Below are positions 36,321-48,813 of a stretch of DNA of 64,000 nt, piece after piece. The first letter of the stretch is position 1, and every line of letters begins with the position of its first letter. This DNA is from Octopus sinensis (taxonomy: Eukaryota): positions 99,510,001 to 99,574,000 of the forward strand of contig NC_042998.1 of assembly GCF_006345805.1 (NCBI RefSeq), read 5' to 3'. A program made the translations under genes and the position numbers. The notes under the pieces were generated by a model. It had not been told where the DNA came from and did not search any database. It worked only from the letters and a program-made list of their open reading frames with translations.

Positions 36321-36655
36321 TATATACGACGGGCTTCTTTCAGTTTCCGTCTATCAAATCCACTCACAAGGCTTTGGTCGGCCCGAGGCTATAGTAGAAG
36401 ACACTTGCCCAAGATGCCACGCAGTGGGACTGAACCTGGAACCATGTGGTTCGTAAGCAAGCTACTTACCACACAGCCACTCCTACGCCATCTTTATGAT
36501 CCGAGTTCAAATTCTGCCGAGATCGACTTAGCTTGTCAACCTTTCGGTGGTCGATAAAATAAGTACCAGTTGAGCACTGGGGGGGTCGATGTAATCGGCT
36601 TACTCTCTCCCGTGAAATTGCTGGCTTCGTGCCAAGACATGAAACCAATATTTGG
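36010..36655. mobile_element. SINE family C (+) interrupted by a full SINE family B (-, 36071-36488)
   Basis: The family C sequence stops at about 36070 and resumes at about 36488 around a complete reverse family B copy. Confidence 0.75.
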
Positions 36656-37999
36656 CTGAAGCAACTAAGTAGAGTTCCGTGCGTTAGTACCACCACTTAA
36701 AAGGATTGATAGAACATGCACTTTTAAGTAATAAGTATTACTTTTTGGCATTAATACTGCTTCTGTCGCCCATTAATCACACACACACATATATGAGCGT
36801 ACTGTTGGTTGGTTGGTTGGGAAGATGGTTGTCGGTTGACTAACACCATCACTACCATTCATAAGTGAACTGATGTTTTCGATCAACAGCTAACTTTCCT
36901 CACAAGAGAAAAAAACGGTCGATCGATTATTCTTCTGACAAGATTTTTGAGTGCATTATGGTGATGTTGAGGCTGGTAAATATAACTGGTGGTGATAATG
37001 ACTTTATACTGGCGGTGGAAGCGGGGTGGTGGTGGTGGTAATTAATAGAGATAGATGGCAACAGTGGTGTAGTTGTTACTTCGTCCCAGGTCAGATATAA
37101 ACGAGTAGATCTATGAAGGCATTCCAGCCATGACACCCCGTCTTTTTCCTCTGTGTGGTTGTGTAAGGAATCCACGACTATATTATACTTATTTTTAAAT
37201 CACAGGATGAGATTTGGCTGCTATTCCTAGCAAATTGAGTGGTTATATACAACCACTTCTTGGATCGTAATAACAGTCGTAATAGTGATGCTAGTAATAG
37301 CTGTAGTGGTAGAACTGGAGTAATAAATATTAATGGTGGTGGTGGTGGTGGTGTTAATGACAGCAACGGTATGATAATTGTAGCAGTAGTGTGGTAGTAT
37401 CCATAATCGTAAGGGTGGTTGTAATGGTGATGATAGTGGTGATTAGGACGGTGGTATCGCAAAATTAGAAAGAAAAAAAAAAATTGAAATTCAATTTCGC
37501 CGTGAGTCAGTAAAATAGTCTATTACCTGTTCCTGGGGATATAAGAGATGAAGAGTGTCATATAAACATAGCGCAGATTGAGAACAGGTTTCTAGTAACA
37601 GGGGAGGGCTGGGGTTAGTCCATATTATTTTACAGGAAGCATAGGGCCGGTTTCCCTGGTGTATATATTCCTCCCTGGACGAGAAGCCGGTAGGTCGTAG
37701 GATTACCCATTTTTTACCAGCTGAGCAGACTGGAACAACGTGAAATGATGTGTTTTGCTCAAGAACACAACGCATCACCCAGTCTAAGAATCGAAACATT
37801 AATCTTACGCTCATGAGTTCAGTACCCTAACCACGAAGCCATTTTAGACCGATAGTAGCCTTAACCACTTGAAAAGGTTTTGGCATCTCCATATATATGA
37901 AATTCGAAATATAAACAATTTATAAACCATAAAATTATTTTTTTATTTTTCAAAATGAAACAAAGCTAACAGTAAGATGGAAAATGTTTATTTTTGTGT

Positions 38000-38385
38000 A
38001 CTCTTTTACTTGTTTCAGTCATTTGACTGCGGCCATGCTGAAGCACCACCTTTAGTCGAGCAAATCGACCCCAAGACTTATTCTTAAGCATAGTACTTAT
38101 TCTATCGGTCTATTTAGCCGAACCGCTAAGTTACAGGGACGTAAATACTCCAGCATCGATTGATTGAGATGTTGGGGGTGGGACTATTACAGACATACAA
38201 ACACACACATATACAAATATACGACGGGCTTCTTTTGGTCTCCGTCTACCAAATCCACTCACAAGGCTTTGGTCGACCCGAGGCTATACTAGAAGACACT
38301 TGCCCAAGGTGCCACGCAGTGGGACTGAACCCGGAACCATGGGCTGGTTAGCAAGCTACTTACCACACAGCCGCTCCTGCGCCTA
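38000..38385 (-). mobile_element. SINE family B
   Basis: Near-identical to 36071-36488 and 48925-49320. Confidence 0.8.
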
Positions 38386-38787
38386 CTTCCACTTTATTTA
38401 TATTTGAAAAGTTTTGTTTTTCTGTTTAATTGCAAAGTCTGATCAGATCTTCAAAATTAATCTTAGGTAACACATCTGCATCTTTACTTAGTAGAGATAA
38501 GGCATCCCGAATATTATCTTAGCAAGTTTAAAGTGATTTCTTTTGTGACGTAAACTAGTTACTATTTCTGTAGTGCCACCTTCTTTCTTGATGGTCTAAG
38601 CACGTGCTTATTTTACTTAATGGCTAGGTAATTCAGTGCTATAATAGGGAGTAATTTTTTAGAAGTAGAGTAAATAGGTTCAAACAGAGATATAATAGAA
38701 TCCACCCGTTAACTCATACGCTTGAGGTATTATTCTGTTTGAATTGTTATGTGTTGGGGTTAAGGTTGCGAGCTGACAGAATTGTAG

Positions 38788-39095
38788 AAGGCGGCGAGCT
38801 GGCAGAAACGTTAGCACGCCGGGCGAAATGCTTAGCAGTATTTCGTCTGTCTTTACGTTCTGAGTTCAAATTCCACCGAGGTTGACTTTGCCTTTCATCC
38901 TTTCGGGGTCGATAAATTAAGTACCAGTTACGCACTGGGGTCGATGTAATCAACTTAATCCCTTCCAAGGTTGATTTTTGCCTTTCATCCTTTCGGGGTC
39001 AATAAAATAAGTACCAGTCGAGCACTAGAATTTGATGTAACCGACTTACATTCTCCCTTTAAAATTGCTAGTCTTTTACCAAAAATTGAAATCAT
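38788..39095 (+). mobile_element. SINE family C with a duplicated core
   Basis: GGCGGCGAGCTGGCAGAAACG..; GCCTTTCATCCTTTCGGGGTC occurs twice. Confidence 0.75.
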
Positions 39096-39770
39096 TTGCT
39101 GAACTTTCTTGTTATCAAGTCCATGAATAATCGAATCAGCAATGCACTGGATTATTAACAGGGGGTTCACTGGTTCGTGTCATGTCAGAGTTATTGGGTT
39201 ATGCCTCTGAGCAAAAAGACATTTATCCAGCAATGTTGCATTTTACCTAGCCCTCTGTTTGCTGTTGTTTAGCTCCAGGTCACCCCTAATGAGCTGTCCT
39301 ATGATCCAAGACAACTCCGGCCAAGACCATCCCATCTTATTTTCAGACACTATATATCTAGGGCTATTTTATCCAATATGTGCCTTTCTAAAAAGTTGAG
39401 CAACTAAATAGTCTCCTTTAGCATCCTTGCTGTTTAGCATCAAACCGTGACCGAACAGATCATAAAATAACAGATCCAGCTGAGACCGTAACTTTTATTT
39501 ATTTATTTATTGTTATAGATAATGTATCCTTGACAAGACTACTTAATTGTTCTTCGTTCAGACAGGAGTGTGGTGTGACGGGAATTTGGCTATTTCTAGA
39601 TTGTCAGGCAACTACATAGATCAGGGGTGGGGAAACTTTTTAGTGCACGAGCAAAAATTTCCAAAGAGAATGTGCAGATCACAAGTTCTGACTCTTGTAT
39701 CTGTGTACATCTTGTATATATCTTGTATAATTCGATATACATTAATAAAGATAAGTTTAACACATTAATT

Positions 39771-40189
39771 TGTAGTGATGCTACAGTGTAGGGTTCGGCG
39801 CGCATGCGCAGAATGGGACTACTTCCGGGTGGCCACCGGAAGTCTTCCCCATGCGCATGTGCGGGAAAACATCTCTCGAGCCCGCGAACCTCAAATCGCT
39901 CTCTTCGGCTCAAGACAGCACTGCGATCGGTCACGGTTTTCCTGGCTCTGACAGCCACACACCACACTTCAACCAACTTCAACCAACCTCAACGACCAAC
40001 ACCAGCAGTATATCAGAGGCTGTCTATTCCCCCATCAGACAACGTACAACCATGAATCAATAAACCAAGTTGTCTGTTCACCTTTAACCTGAGTTTCGTC
40101 TGTTTGTTTTCTACAAGAATTTTTGTATGTGACTAGAAAGGATCTCGACACCCTGCCAGTGCTTCGATGATAGATCCTTTCACGTTACA
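39771..40189 (+). repeat. 5' LTR (419 bp)
   Basis: TGTAGTGATG...CACGTTACA; differs from the 3' LTR by one 1-bp indel as read by eye. Confidence 0.95.
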
Positions 40190-40571
40190 ATTGGTGACCC
40201 CTAGTTGAGAAAAAGAACAGGATAGAAAAAGACACAGCGAACAGGTTTTTTTTGGGGCCGAAGAGCGCGGAAATTCACATTTATTTTCCTATTTTCTCCT
40301 TTTCAGCACGGCGAGGTGGGTAAAATAGCCTTATTCATCGCACACAGTACAAAAAAAAAAAAAAAAACAAGAAAGAAACACAACACACACATTCATTTTT
40401 TTTTCCTTTTCTGTATTTTGTTTTCCTTGTACACACCTATTCCTTTTTTTGCTACCCACGAGGTGCACACACAAACACAATTTTGAATTGCCTTCTCGGT
40501 TCCACGTGTTCTCTCTCCACTTCTAGACCATACCTTCTGCCCCCTTCTCACAGATTCCTTCCGACAAAGGC

Positions 40572-41053
40572 ATGGCTTCAGGTTTGCCTTCATTTACGGG
40601 GGATATGGGCCTGTGGTTTGCCCAAGTGGAGTGGTATTTTGTTGCACATGCCATTTCTCCACAGCAGCAGTTGCACCTGCTATATTCCGGCTTACATCCC
40701 CGACTCGCCGCATCGATCAGGGATCTAATAATAAGTCCCCACCGGATGCCACATACGCGTCTGTGAAAGCAGAAATCCTCCGCCGCAACACACGTTCGGG
40801 GGAGAGCAATATTCAGATTGCCACGATGGCCGATGGAATACTGGAATTTCCGAATCCATCTCCATCGCGAGGCCTCTGTGCATGTATAGGGGGCCCTGCG
40901 CAAATTTCACTAGCCGAGCGGATTGATGCGCTCACGCGGCGAATCGACGATCTATCCCGTGCGATCGAGCGCCGACAACGCAGTCGTAGTCGCTCTACCA
41001 AAAGGGCAGATCGGTGTACCCAGCCGTGCACTTTCAAGCCCTCGGAAAACTAA
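40572..41053 (+). pseudogene. Gypsy gag, frameshifted and apparently internally deleted
   Basis: LWFAQVE..F, then DATYASVKAEILRR, RSRSRS and C.QPC.F..EN*; the pieces lie in different frames. Confidence 0.7.
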
Positions 41054-44000
41054 ATCCGGAGGAGGTGAGCACGTCACCTTCTTCCATCTCGTTTCCCAAA
41101 CATCGTGCATTCTATGTAAAAGATCTGGTGTCGAAGACATTCTTCATGGTAGACACCGGTTCCTGTTGCAGCATCTGGCCCCTTCGTGGGCTGCAGACAA
41201 GCCGAAGCGCTCTTCGATTGTCTTGCATGCTATTGACTCGTCTCCCATAACCACTTACGGTCAGATTTCGCTGCGCCTCAACCTCAACCTTCGCCGAGAC
41301 TTTCGATGGGTTTTCGTCATCGCTGACATCCCACATCCTATTCTCGGCGCTGATTTCCTGGATAGGTTTAACCTATTGGTGGATGTCAGGCGTCGGAGGC
41401 TTCTTGATAGCACGACGTCGCTCTCTACACGACTGGGGGTTCCACCACTGCGGTCCTTAGCCCGACATTCTTTGTTGCCACTCTGGAGACCCTTTTCACT
41501 CTCTTTTGTTTCATTTCCGGAGCTAGTGGACATTGCCTTTAAACCGGAAAATCCTACCCTCCTACCCACTCGACCCTCCTTCATCACCACCAATGGGCCA
41601 CCTGTATTCTCACGCCCCCGGCGCCTAGCACCAGACCGACTTAAAACGGCCAGAGCCGAGTTTGAGCACATGCTTCAACTTGGCATTATACGCCCCTCCA
41701 CCAGCCCATGGGCATCTCCCCTTCATTTGGCGCGAAAGGGCGAGTCTGATTTTCGCCCGGTTGGAGACTATCGACGCCTCAATGCCGTCACAATAGCCGA
41801 TCGCTATCCGATTAGAAATCTCCGGGACTTTACAGCAAATCTCCATGGTTGTACCATTTTTCGAAGGTCGATCTGATACGCGCTTACCACCAAATACCGG
41901 TCAACCCAGCCGACGTTCCAAAAACTGCAATCACTACCCCGTTTGGGTGTTTTGAGTTTTTGTACATGAGTTTCGGTTTGCGGAATGCTACTAGCACCTT
42001 CCAGCGTTTCATTGATGAGGTTGTCCGCGGTCTTGATTTTGTGTTTGCCTATGTCGATGACATACTCATTGCGAGCGACACACGAGAAAATCATCTCCGG
42101 CACCTTTCTCAACTCTTCCAGCGTCTTCGCGCGTATAGCATACGCATAAACCCCGACAAGTGTGTTTTCGGACGCTCTTCCCTAGATTTTCTAGGGCATC
42201 ATATTGATTCGACTGGAATCAGCCCCCTCTCGTCAAAAGTCGATGCCATTCAACGCATCGCAACCCCCCTTCCTTGCGCCAGCTCAGGCATTATCTAGGG
42301 ATGGTCAATTCTATTTCTACCGACGTTTCATTCCCGGTTGTGCAGATAAGCTGCTACCTCTCACCAGGCTGTTAAAGGACTCTCCTAGAAAGGACAGTCA
42401 AGTCACCCTCTCTGTTGAGGCAGTGACAGCCTTTGAGTCCATTAAGAAGGAGCTGGCTTCTGTTTCTTTGCTTGCACATCCAGTTCCTGGTGCTTCTCTC
42501 TCTTTGACTGTGGACGCATCGGACACTGCCATTGGCGCTGTGTTACAACACACAGTGGATGACCATGTTCGACCTCTAGCCTTCTTTTCCCGTCAACTGC
42601 AACCAGCTGAACGACGATACAGCACCTTTGATCGTGAGCTCCTAGCGATCTATCTATCGGTTCGTCGTCATTTCCAGCATCAACTTGAAGGGCGAGATTT
42701 TGTGATCTATACGGATCACAAGCCCCTTACGTTTGCCCTGTTTTCAAAAACGGACAAACTCTCACCCCGTGCTTTTCGGCACCTGGATTTTATCTCTCAA
42801 TTTACTAGCAACATTCGACACATACCTGGAAAAGAGAACGTTCCTGCTGACGCTCTCTCTCGCCTTCCAGTTTGCGCCCTTTCGTCTCCTGCTGCTATCG
42901 ACTTAGCTGCCATATCGCAGGAGCAGCCACCTTTGGCGTCGTTAGATTTAACTTCTCCCAAGTTCTCCTGTTGCCAGTTTTCCTACCTTCCGCTTCCGTC
43001 AGCCGAAGGCACCATTCTTTGTGACACTTCAACTGGATCTCCCAGGCCACTGGTGCCTGAGACCCATCAACGCTCAGTGTTTGAAGCACTGCACTCCTTA
43101 TCACATCCTGGCATCGCTGCCACCCTCAAACTAATCACTGCTCGGTTTTTCTGGCCGAATATGCGTCGCACAATTACTTGTTGGACACGCACCTGCTCCA
43201 AGTGTCAACGATCCAAGATTCAACGGCACGTTCGTGCCCCGCTTGGACAATTTCCCCCACGGAGGCCCGTTTTCGCCATGTCCACATCGATCTGGTTGGA
43301 CCATGGCCTGTGAGTCGCGGGTTCTCTTATCTATTAACTTGTGTCGATCGTTTCTCCCGCTGGCCAGAAGCCATTCCGATAGCAGACATTTCTGCTGAGA
43401 CTGTTGCGCGAGCTTTCGTTTCAAACTGGATTTCTCGCTTCGGAGTCCCGTCCCGATTGACAACTGATCGTGGACGACAGTTTGAGGCCTCGCTATTTCG
43501 CGAATTGTCGCGAATTTTGGGTATGCACCATATCCACACCACAAGCTACCATCCAGCGTCTAATGGATTGGTTGAGCGGTTCCATAGACAGCTCAAGGCC
43601 GCTCTTCGTGCCTCTTCGGACCCACAGTCCTGGATCGAATTTCTGCCCATTGTGCTTCTCGGCTGTCGGACTGCTGTCAAGGCAGACCTGGGGTTTTCTG
43701 CTGCAGAGCTGCTGTATGGTACCACACTGGCATTGCCCGGTACGATGTTGGTGCCAGACACTTCCCCGCCCCATGATCCGGCGACCTATGTCACCAGACT
43801 GCGGGAATATTTTTCAAACCTTCCGCCCATGCTTCCCAGAAAGCAATCTCCACCGTCCCATCTTCCACCGGATATGAACACCTGGTCGCATGTTTTTGTT
43901 CGGGACGATTCTGTGAAGGGCCCACTTGTTTCTCCCTATAAAGGACCTTTTCGTGTGCTTTCTCGCACACCAAAGGTTTTCACGATTGAGATAAATGGTC

Positions 44001-44282
44001 GTTCGGAGACCGTTTCCGTGGACCGTTTAAAAAAGGCACATTTTGAGACGTCTTCATCTTTTGATGACAACCTTGACACACCCACCTATGCACCTTTAAC
44101 AACACTTTCACCTGCACAAGCGCCTTCACCTGCACAAACGCCTTCACCTGCACAAAACACCTTCACCGGCTCCTACAACACCACCCTCGCCGTCAACGGG
44201 TGCCCCGAGCACACCGTATGTTACAAAATCGGGCAGAACAGTGCATTGGCCCAAGAAACTTTCAAAAACAATTTACATTTAA
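41050..44282 (+). pseudogene. Gypsy pol (protease, RT, RNase H, integrase), frameshifted in this assembly
   Basis: VDTGS protease; SPWASP, DYRRLN and YVDD (42050-42061); DAS..IGAVL and TDHKPL RNase H; H-H-C-C, HIDLVGP, TTDRG and VER DDE integrase; PYKGPF; ends [16 protein letters not shown]. Confidence 0.93.
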
Positions 44283-44407
44283 CTTTAAAATGTTTCTTAT
44301 TGTATAATAGTATGTACCAAGTCTTCTGGGGGATCGGCAAGCCTTCTGTTTTCTGCAGCACCACCACAATATTCTGGTTGCCGTACTTCGCACTCGGAGG
44401 GGAGCCC

Positions 44408-44825
44408 TGTAGTGATGCTACAGTGTAGGGTTCGGCGCGCATGCGCAGAATGGGACTACTTCCGGGTGGCCACCGGAAGTCTTCCCCATGCGCATGTGCG
44501 GGAAAACATCTCTCGAGCCCGCGAACCTCAAATCGCTCTCTTCGGCTCAAGACAGCACTGCGATCGGTCACGGTTTTCCTGGCTCTGACAGCCACACACC
44601 AACTTCAACCAACTTCAACCAACCTCAACGACCAACACCAGCAGTATATCAGAGGCTGTCTATTCCCCCATCAGACAACGTACAACCATGAATCAATAAA
44701 CCAAGTTGTCTGTTCACCTTTAACCTGAGTTTCGTCTGTTTGTTTTCTACAAGAATTTTTGTATGTGACTAGAAAGGATCTCGACACCCTGCCAGTGCTT
44801 CGATGATAGATCCTTTCACGTTACA
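44408..44825 (+). repeat. 3' LTR (418 bp)
   Basis: Direct repeat of 39771-40189. Confidence 0.95.
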
Positions 44826-45083
44826 AATTTAACGCGTAACCTCATTAACGCCGCCACTGAATTTAGGACGTCTGTATGACTAATGAGGTATTCTATATTT
44901 TTCAAAATGTACCTATCCTAAATTTCGAGAAATCATAACAGTCAAGCACAAGTCGAATTTAATTTTGAAAAATTACATTAATACTTAGATAATAACATTA
45001 TGTAAATGACATATTTAAACAAATTTGTCCTAGTGATAATTTTATCAAAGCTAATTAACCTAAACTTCAAAATTTGGTTTCGT

Positions 45084-46810
45084 TTAGTGAGAAGGATGAA
45101 ACTGCTTTTTCTTTTCTTTAAAGTTTAGGAATGTCACATGACTTTGGAGAAACTTCTATTCTTAGTTCATTACTAAGGTTTTCGTTAGTAAGTCTGGTAC
45201 GAAAACGATTTTTTGCATAATTCAATTTGGCAAAAACTGTTCACATTGATAAGTTGTCGAAAACTGAGATGCGAATTTCAAGGCGTTTTTATGTAAAGCA
45301 GGGAATTTCTCAGGATTGATGGATGTGTAGATGTCCAATAAAGACAGTTTGTTGTATTTCGATTTTATTAAGTTATCCGACTACAAATAAATTATTCTCA
45401 TTGTAAGGAATCTGGGGGCCTTCTCAGGACATATCAAAAAGTGTTTCAAAAACACGTAGTTCGATTTTATCTTCAAATCTTTCAAACTTCTTCAAAAGAC
45501 TTTCACACTCGTCAAAATATTCCTTTGTTTATTTTGTTCGCTCAATTTCGGAAAATGTGTGAAGCACTTTCTTTTCAGTTGTGTGACAGATAAATGAAGC
45601 ATCGATTCAAAGCCTTCGATATGAGAAGGCAAACTGGTTATCAGCGGATTGGAGCCTTGTAGTTTCAAGTTCAAATTATTTAAATGACTAGTTATATCTA
45701 CTAAAAATGCTAAATCACTTTGGGACTTTTTAATCTTCCAGTTCTATAATAAGAACATTTAATATCCATAAAAATTTTCACTTCTTTCAGATCGTAAAAT
45801 TGTTTAAGCATTTGGGCCTTACTTAATACCTAACTTCACAATGGTACAATAAATCCCCATATTCGGCTTCAAGATCTTTAGAAACCCTTTGCTTTTTATC
45901 AAATTAACGGCCTTAGTTACAACTTTCATTAGATTGCCCATCTTGAGAGATTTAGCACATAAACTTTTCATATGCATAAAGCAGCGACACACAAAGTATC
46001 CGTATCCAAAAGACGCTTCTTAAATTCATTCTTAATCAGAGCTACGAACCCTTTTATCACGACCTAATATAGATGGAGCGCCATCTGTAGCAAGACCACC
46101 CATTTTTTCATATGGTAAATCAAAATCTTTCAAAGCTGAGTTGACTATTTGAATTAATCTTCACCTCTAGTTATTCCATGCACTGATTTCAAGGCAAGAA
46201 ATTCTTCCCGAATGTTGAATTTTGCAGTTATTCCACGTATAAATATTGCCATCCGAGCAGTATTAGAAAGTTCAGTTGTCTCGTCAATAACTAATGATTA
46301 CAATACGAATTCTGCTGATTCATATTTTAGAGAATTTTGAAGGTTATCAGCAATATCTTTAATACGATCAGAAACAGATTTTCTTGATAAGCTAATATTT
46401 CCAAACAAACTAAGATTTTCTGGGCATATATTCTCAACAACAGTAAGGATACATTCTTTCACAAATTCACCATCGCTATGTGGTTTGAGTTTTGTAGGAA
46501 TATTTTCGTATACTGCATAACTAGCTCAAGTAACTGATTCACTTTCGAGAATCGGCCTTAAAAAAAAAGTTTGTCTTTTGGTCAGATTTTCTTTCAAAGA
46601 GGGGTATCTTGTCTAAACGTTCGGATTCTTTCAAATTTCCATAGGTCTTATGCTTATTCACAAAATGTCTCTCAATATTATATTTTTTATGAACGCCCGC
46701 TTGTTCGTTGTAAATAAGACAAATGCACTTGTTAACTTATTTCAATGAAAAAATTAAGCTCAGTCCATTTTTCAAACAAAGCACGTTCGCCGGTGCTTTT
46801 TTTTTTAAAG
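45084..46810 (-). pseudogene. Disrupted hAT/Buster transposase (GTF2IRD2/EPM2AIP1-like)
   Basis: Reverse-strand peptides KPHSDGEFVKECIL, NISLSRKSVSDRIKDI, SLVIDETTELSNTA, LATDGAPS, STTYQCEQ, RTRLTNENL and QFHPSH*; multiple stops and frameshifts. Confidence 0.85.
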
Positions 46811-48466
46811 ATTTTTATAACCGCTTGCCGTATTGATAAGGGTATTGAAAAATTGATTTAACAAAGTTATGAACCAATTAAATTTATATCACTCGGAATT
46901 TTTGTTATTATAGCTGCCTGGAAAAAATCAAAGCCAACTGGCGTGTAGTCGTAATGCATGCGTTTAGAGTTGTAAAAATTGTAAAAAATAGAAATCTGCA
47001 AAAAATTAAGATACTGTTTAGTTCTGCAAGGTTTAACTTGATTTTTCTCTCTCCCTTGTCCACACCGGTGTGGACAAGCGAGTTGATAGGGAAGGGCAAT
47101 AATGGATAAACCGATGGCAGATGAAAGTAACTTCTGTTGACCTTCTTGACACCGACTGATAGCAAAAATGCGACACCCCTTTCGAAAAAAAGTTATTTTT
47201 CACTGCTTTTTCAGAAAAAAAGTAGTATCTTTTTTTTTTTATAATTCTTTTCACATAGTACCAAATTAGTAGTTTCTGTTTCGATGAAGCTTTACCAATT
47301 TGTTTTTGATTTTTAATAGATTTTAAAATATTTTTTGCTTATCGATTGACAGAAAGAGGGTGAGTGTCGATTTCGGAGATCTTTTTTTTTCGTAAAGAAA
47401 GTGAAAATGAAATAGGAGGAAACTTTAAATACTTGGGGGTTCTTGGATATGAATAATTTTTACACAGTATCTTCTACAATCCTTCAGCTTTCGTTTCATA
47501 TAAAAATTATTTCAATACATGCCATATATTTTTATAGTTTTCTCAGTTAAAGTGTAGTTGGGTCTCAAGGGGGTGGTACAAACCTAGCAATATGTGTTTT
47601 ATAGTGAAAACAAAATTTCCATCCAAATGGCAATTACCGGACAATTTCTGTTCAAGTCTGATCGTTTTAAGTCGTAGTGGAAACCCGACCAATGTCGCAA
47701 ATAGGCATACAAGTATTGTATAAATTTTATAATTAAAAAATTTACTTTATTTTGTACATACGAGTATGTCAGCCTACGAGCGCAATAAAATGGGCTCGCG
47801 GGCGCAGTTGCGTCAGCGGGCGGGGTTTACCCCACCCCTGATGTAGATGCTTCTTATTGGTTCGGCTGTGATAGACACCGGACTCATGAATCCTTATGAA
47901 ATGGATAAATATATTATTTAGTCCCCAAGTCAGCCATGACAAACAGATTTATGATGAAAGGCATCCCAACCTTAAATATCTCAGCTTTCATTCTGATAAG
48001 TTTAGGACTATATTTATCTGCATCCTTTTAAAAAAAGACTGCAAGTAATGATTTCAGGAAGATTTGGCTGTTATTTCTAGCAGGTCGAGCGATTGCATAG
48101 CGGTTTCCTTCTTGTATTGCTGTATGCAGCGGTAGCAGAGGTGGAATCAATTTCGAAGGCTCCATTATTTTACTGCATTGAGTTAAATTTCCTCTGCAGG
48201 AAGCGTTCTACTCGAGTAGAGGTTTGTCTTGGCTTAAAACTATGGGGAGAGAGAGAGAGAGAGAGAGAGAGACTGGAATCGGGGATTTTTTATGAATTGG
48301 ACAATTAGTTATATTTACGACGAATGTCTTAGAATTTGATTCAAATCTTGCAAGGCCCTAAACTACATAATACATGGAGACCTCTTGTCAAAAAAATCTT
48401 ATTTTTAAAAATAATTTAAAAGTACATTGAAAGTTGTATAACTGTAAACATTTCTTTCTTGGTGTG

Positions 48467-48565
48467 TGCAAATAAAAACTATTGAACAATAAGACATCTT
48501 GCAAATAAAAACTATTGAACAATAAGACATCTTGCAAATAAAAACTATTGAACAATAAGACATCT
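48467..48565. repeat. Perfect 33-bp tandem repeat, 3 copies
   Basis: TGCAAATAAAAACTATTGAACAATAAGACATCT at 48467, 48500 and 48533. Confidence 0.95.
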
Positions 48566-48687
48566 ATTCATTGTCAATACGTTCTGGCAGAATCGGACAT
48601 AAATAGCCGATCGTTGAAGTTTTCCCGTTAACGAAGAATACCTTACCTTGACGATGTGAATCATAACATGCGTGATTCACTGGTGTT

Positions 48688-48750
48688 AGGGACTGAGACA
48701 CCACGGTGTTTCGACCTTTAGGTGTGCCTGCCTCATCAGCCAAAACTACC
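48688..48750 (-). ncRNA. Putative minimal type I hammerhead ribozyme
   Basis: Reverse strand reads CUGAUGA-GGC..GUC-GAAA-CAC(CGUG)GUG-UC; core nucleotides intact; short, G-U-rich stem I. Confidence 0.6.
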
Positions 48751-48813
48751 CCTCAAACCAATGAGTTCGACAAGCGCACGAGCTCTTATTTATAGAACTC
48801 ACATCGCCTAAAG

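Larger units (their letters stand above)
39771..44825 (+). mobile_element. Ty3/Gypsy LTR retrotransposon (CsRn1/Kabuki-like, tRNA-Trp PBS)
   Basis: TG..CA LTRs 39771-40189 and 44408-44825; 4-bp TSD AATT; PBS TGGTGACCCC at 40192; PPT GGAGGGGAG at about 44396; gag-PR-RT-RH-IN order. Confidence 0.96.
39622..47840 (-). mobile_element. hAT (Buster/Charlie/SPIN-like) DNA transposon, about 3.16 kb excluding the nested Gypsy
   Basis: TIRs CAGGGGTGGGGAAAC and GTTTACCCCACCCCTG; 8-bp nnnTAnnn TSD ACATAGAT/ATGTAGAT; transposase relic inside. Confidence 0.88.

Noticed and set aside
37178-37462. His/Pro-rich 94-aa ORF
   Set aside because: Translation of (GGT)/(TAG) low-complexity sequence
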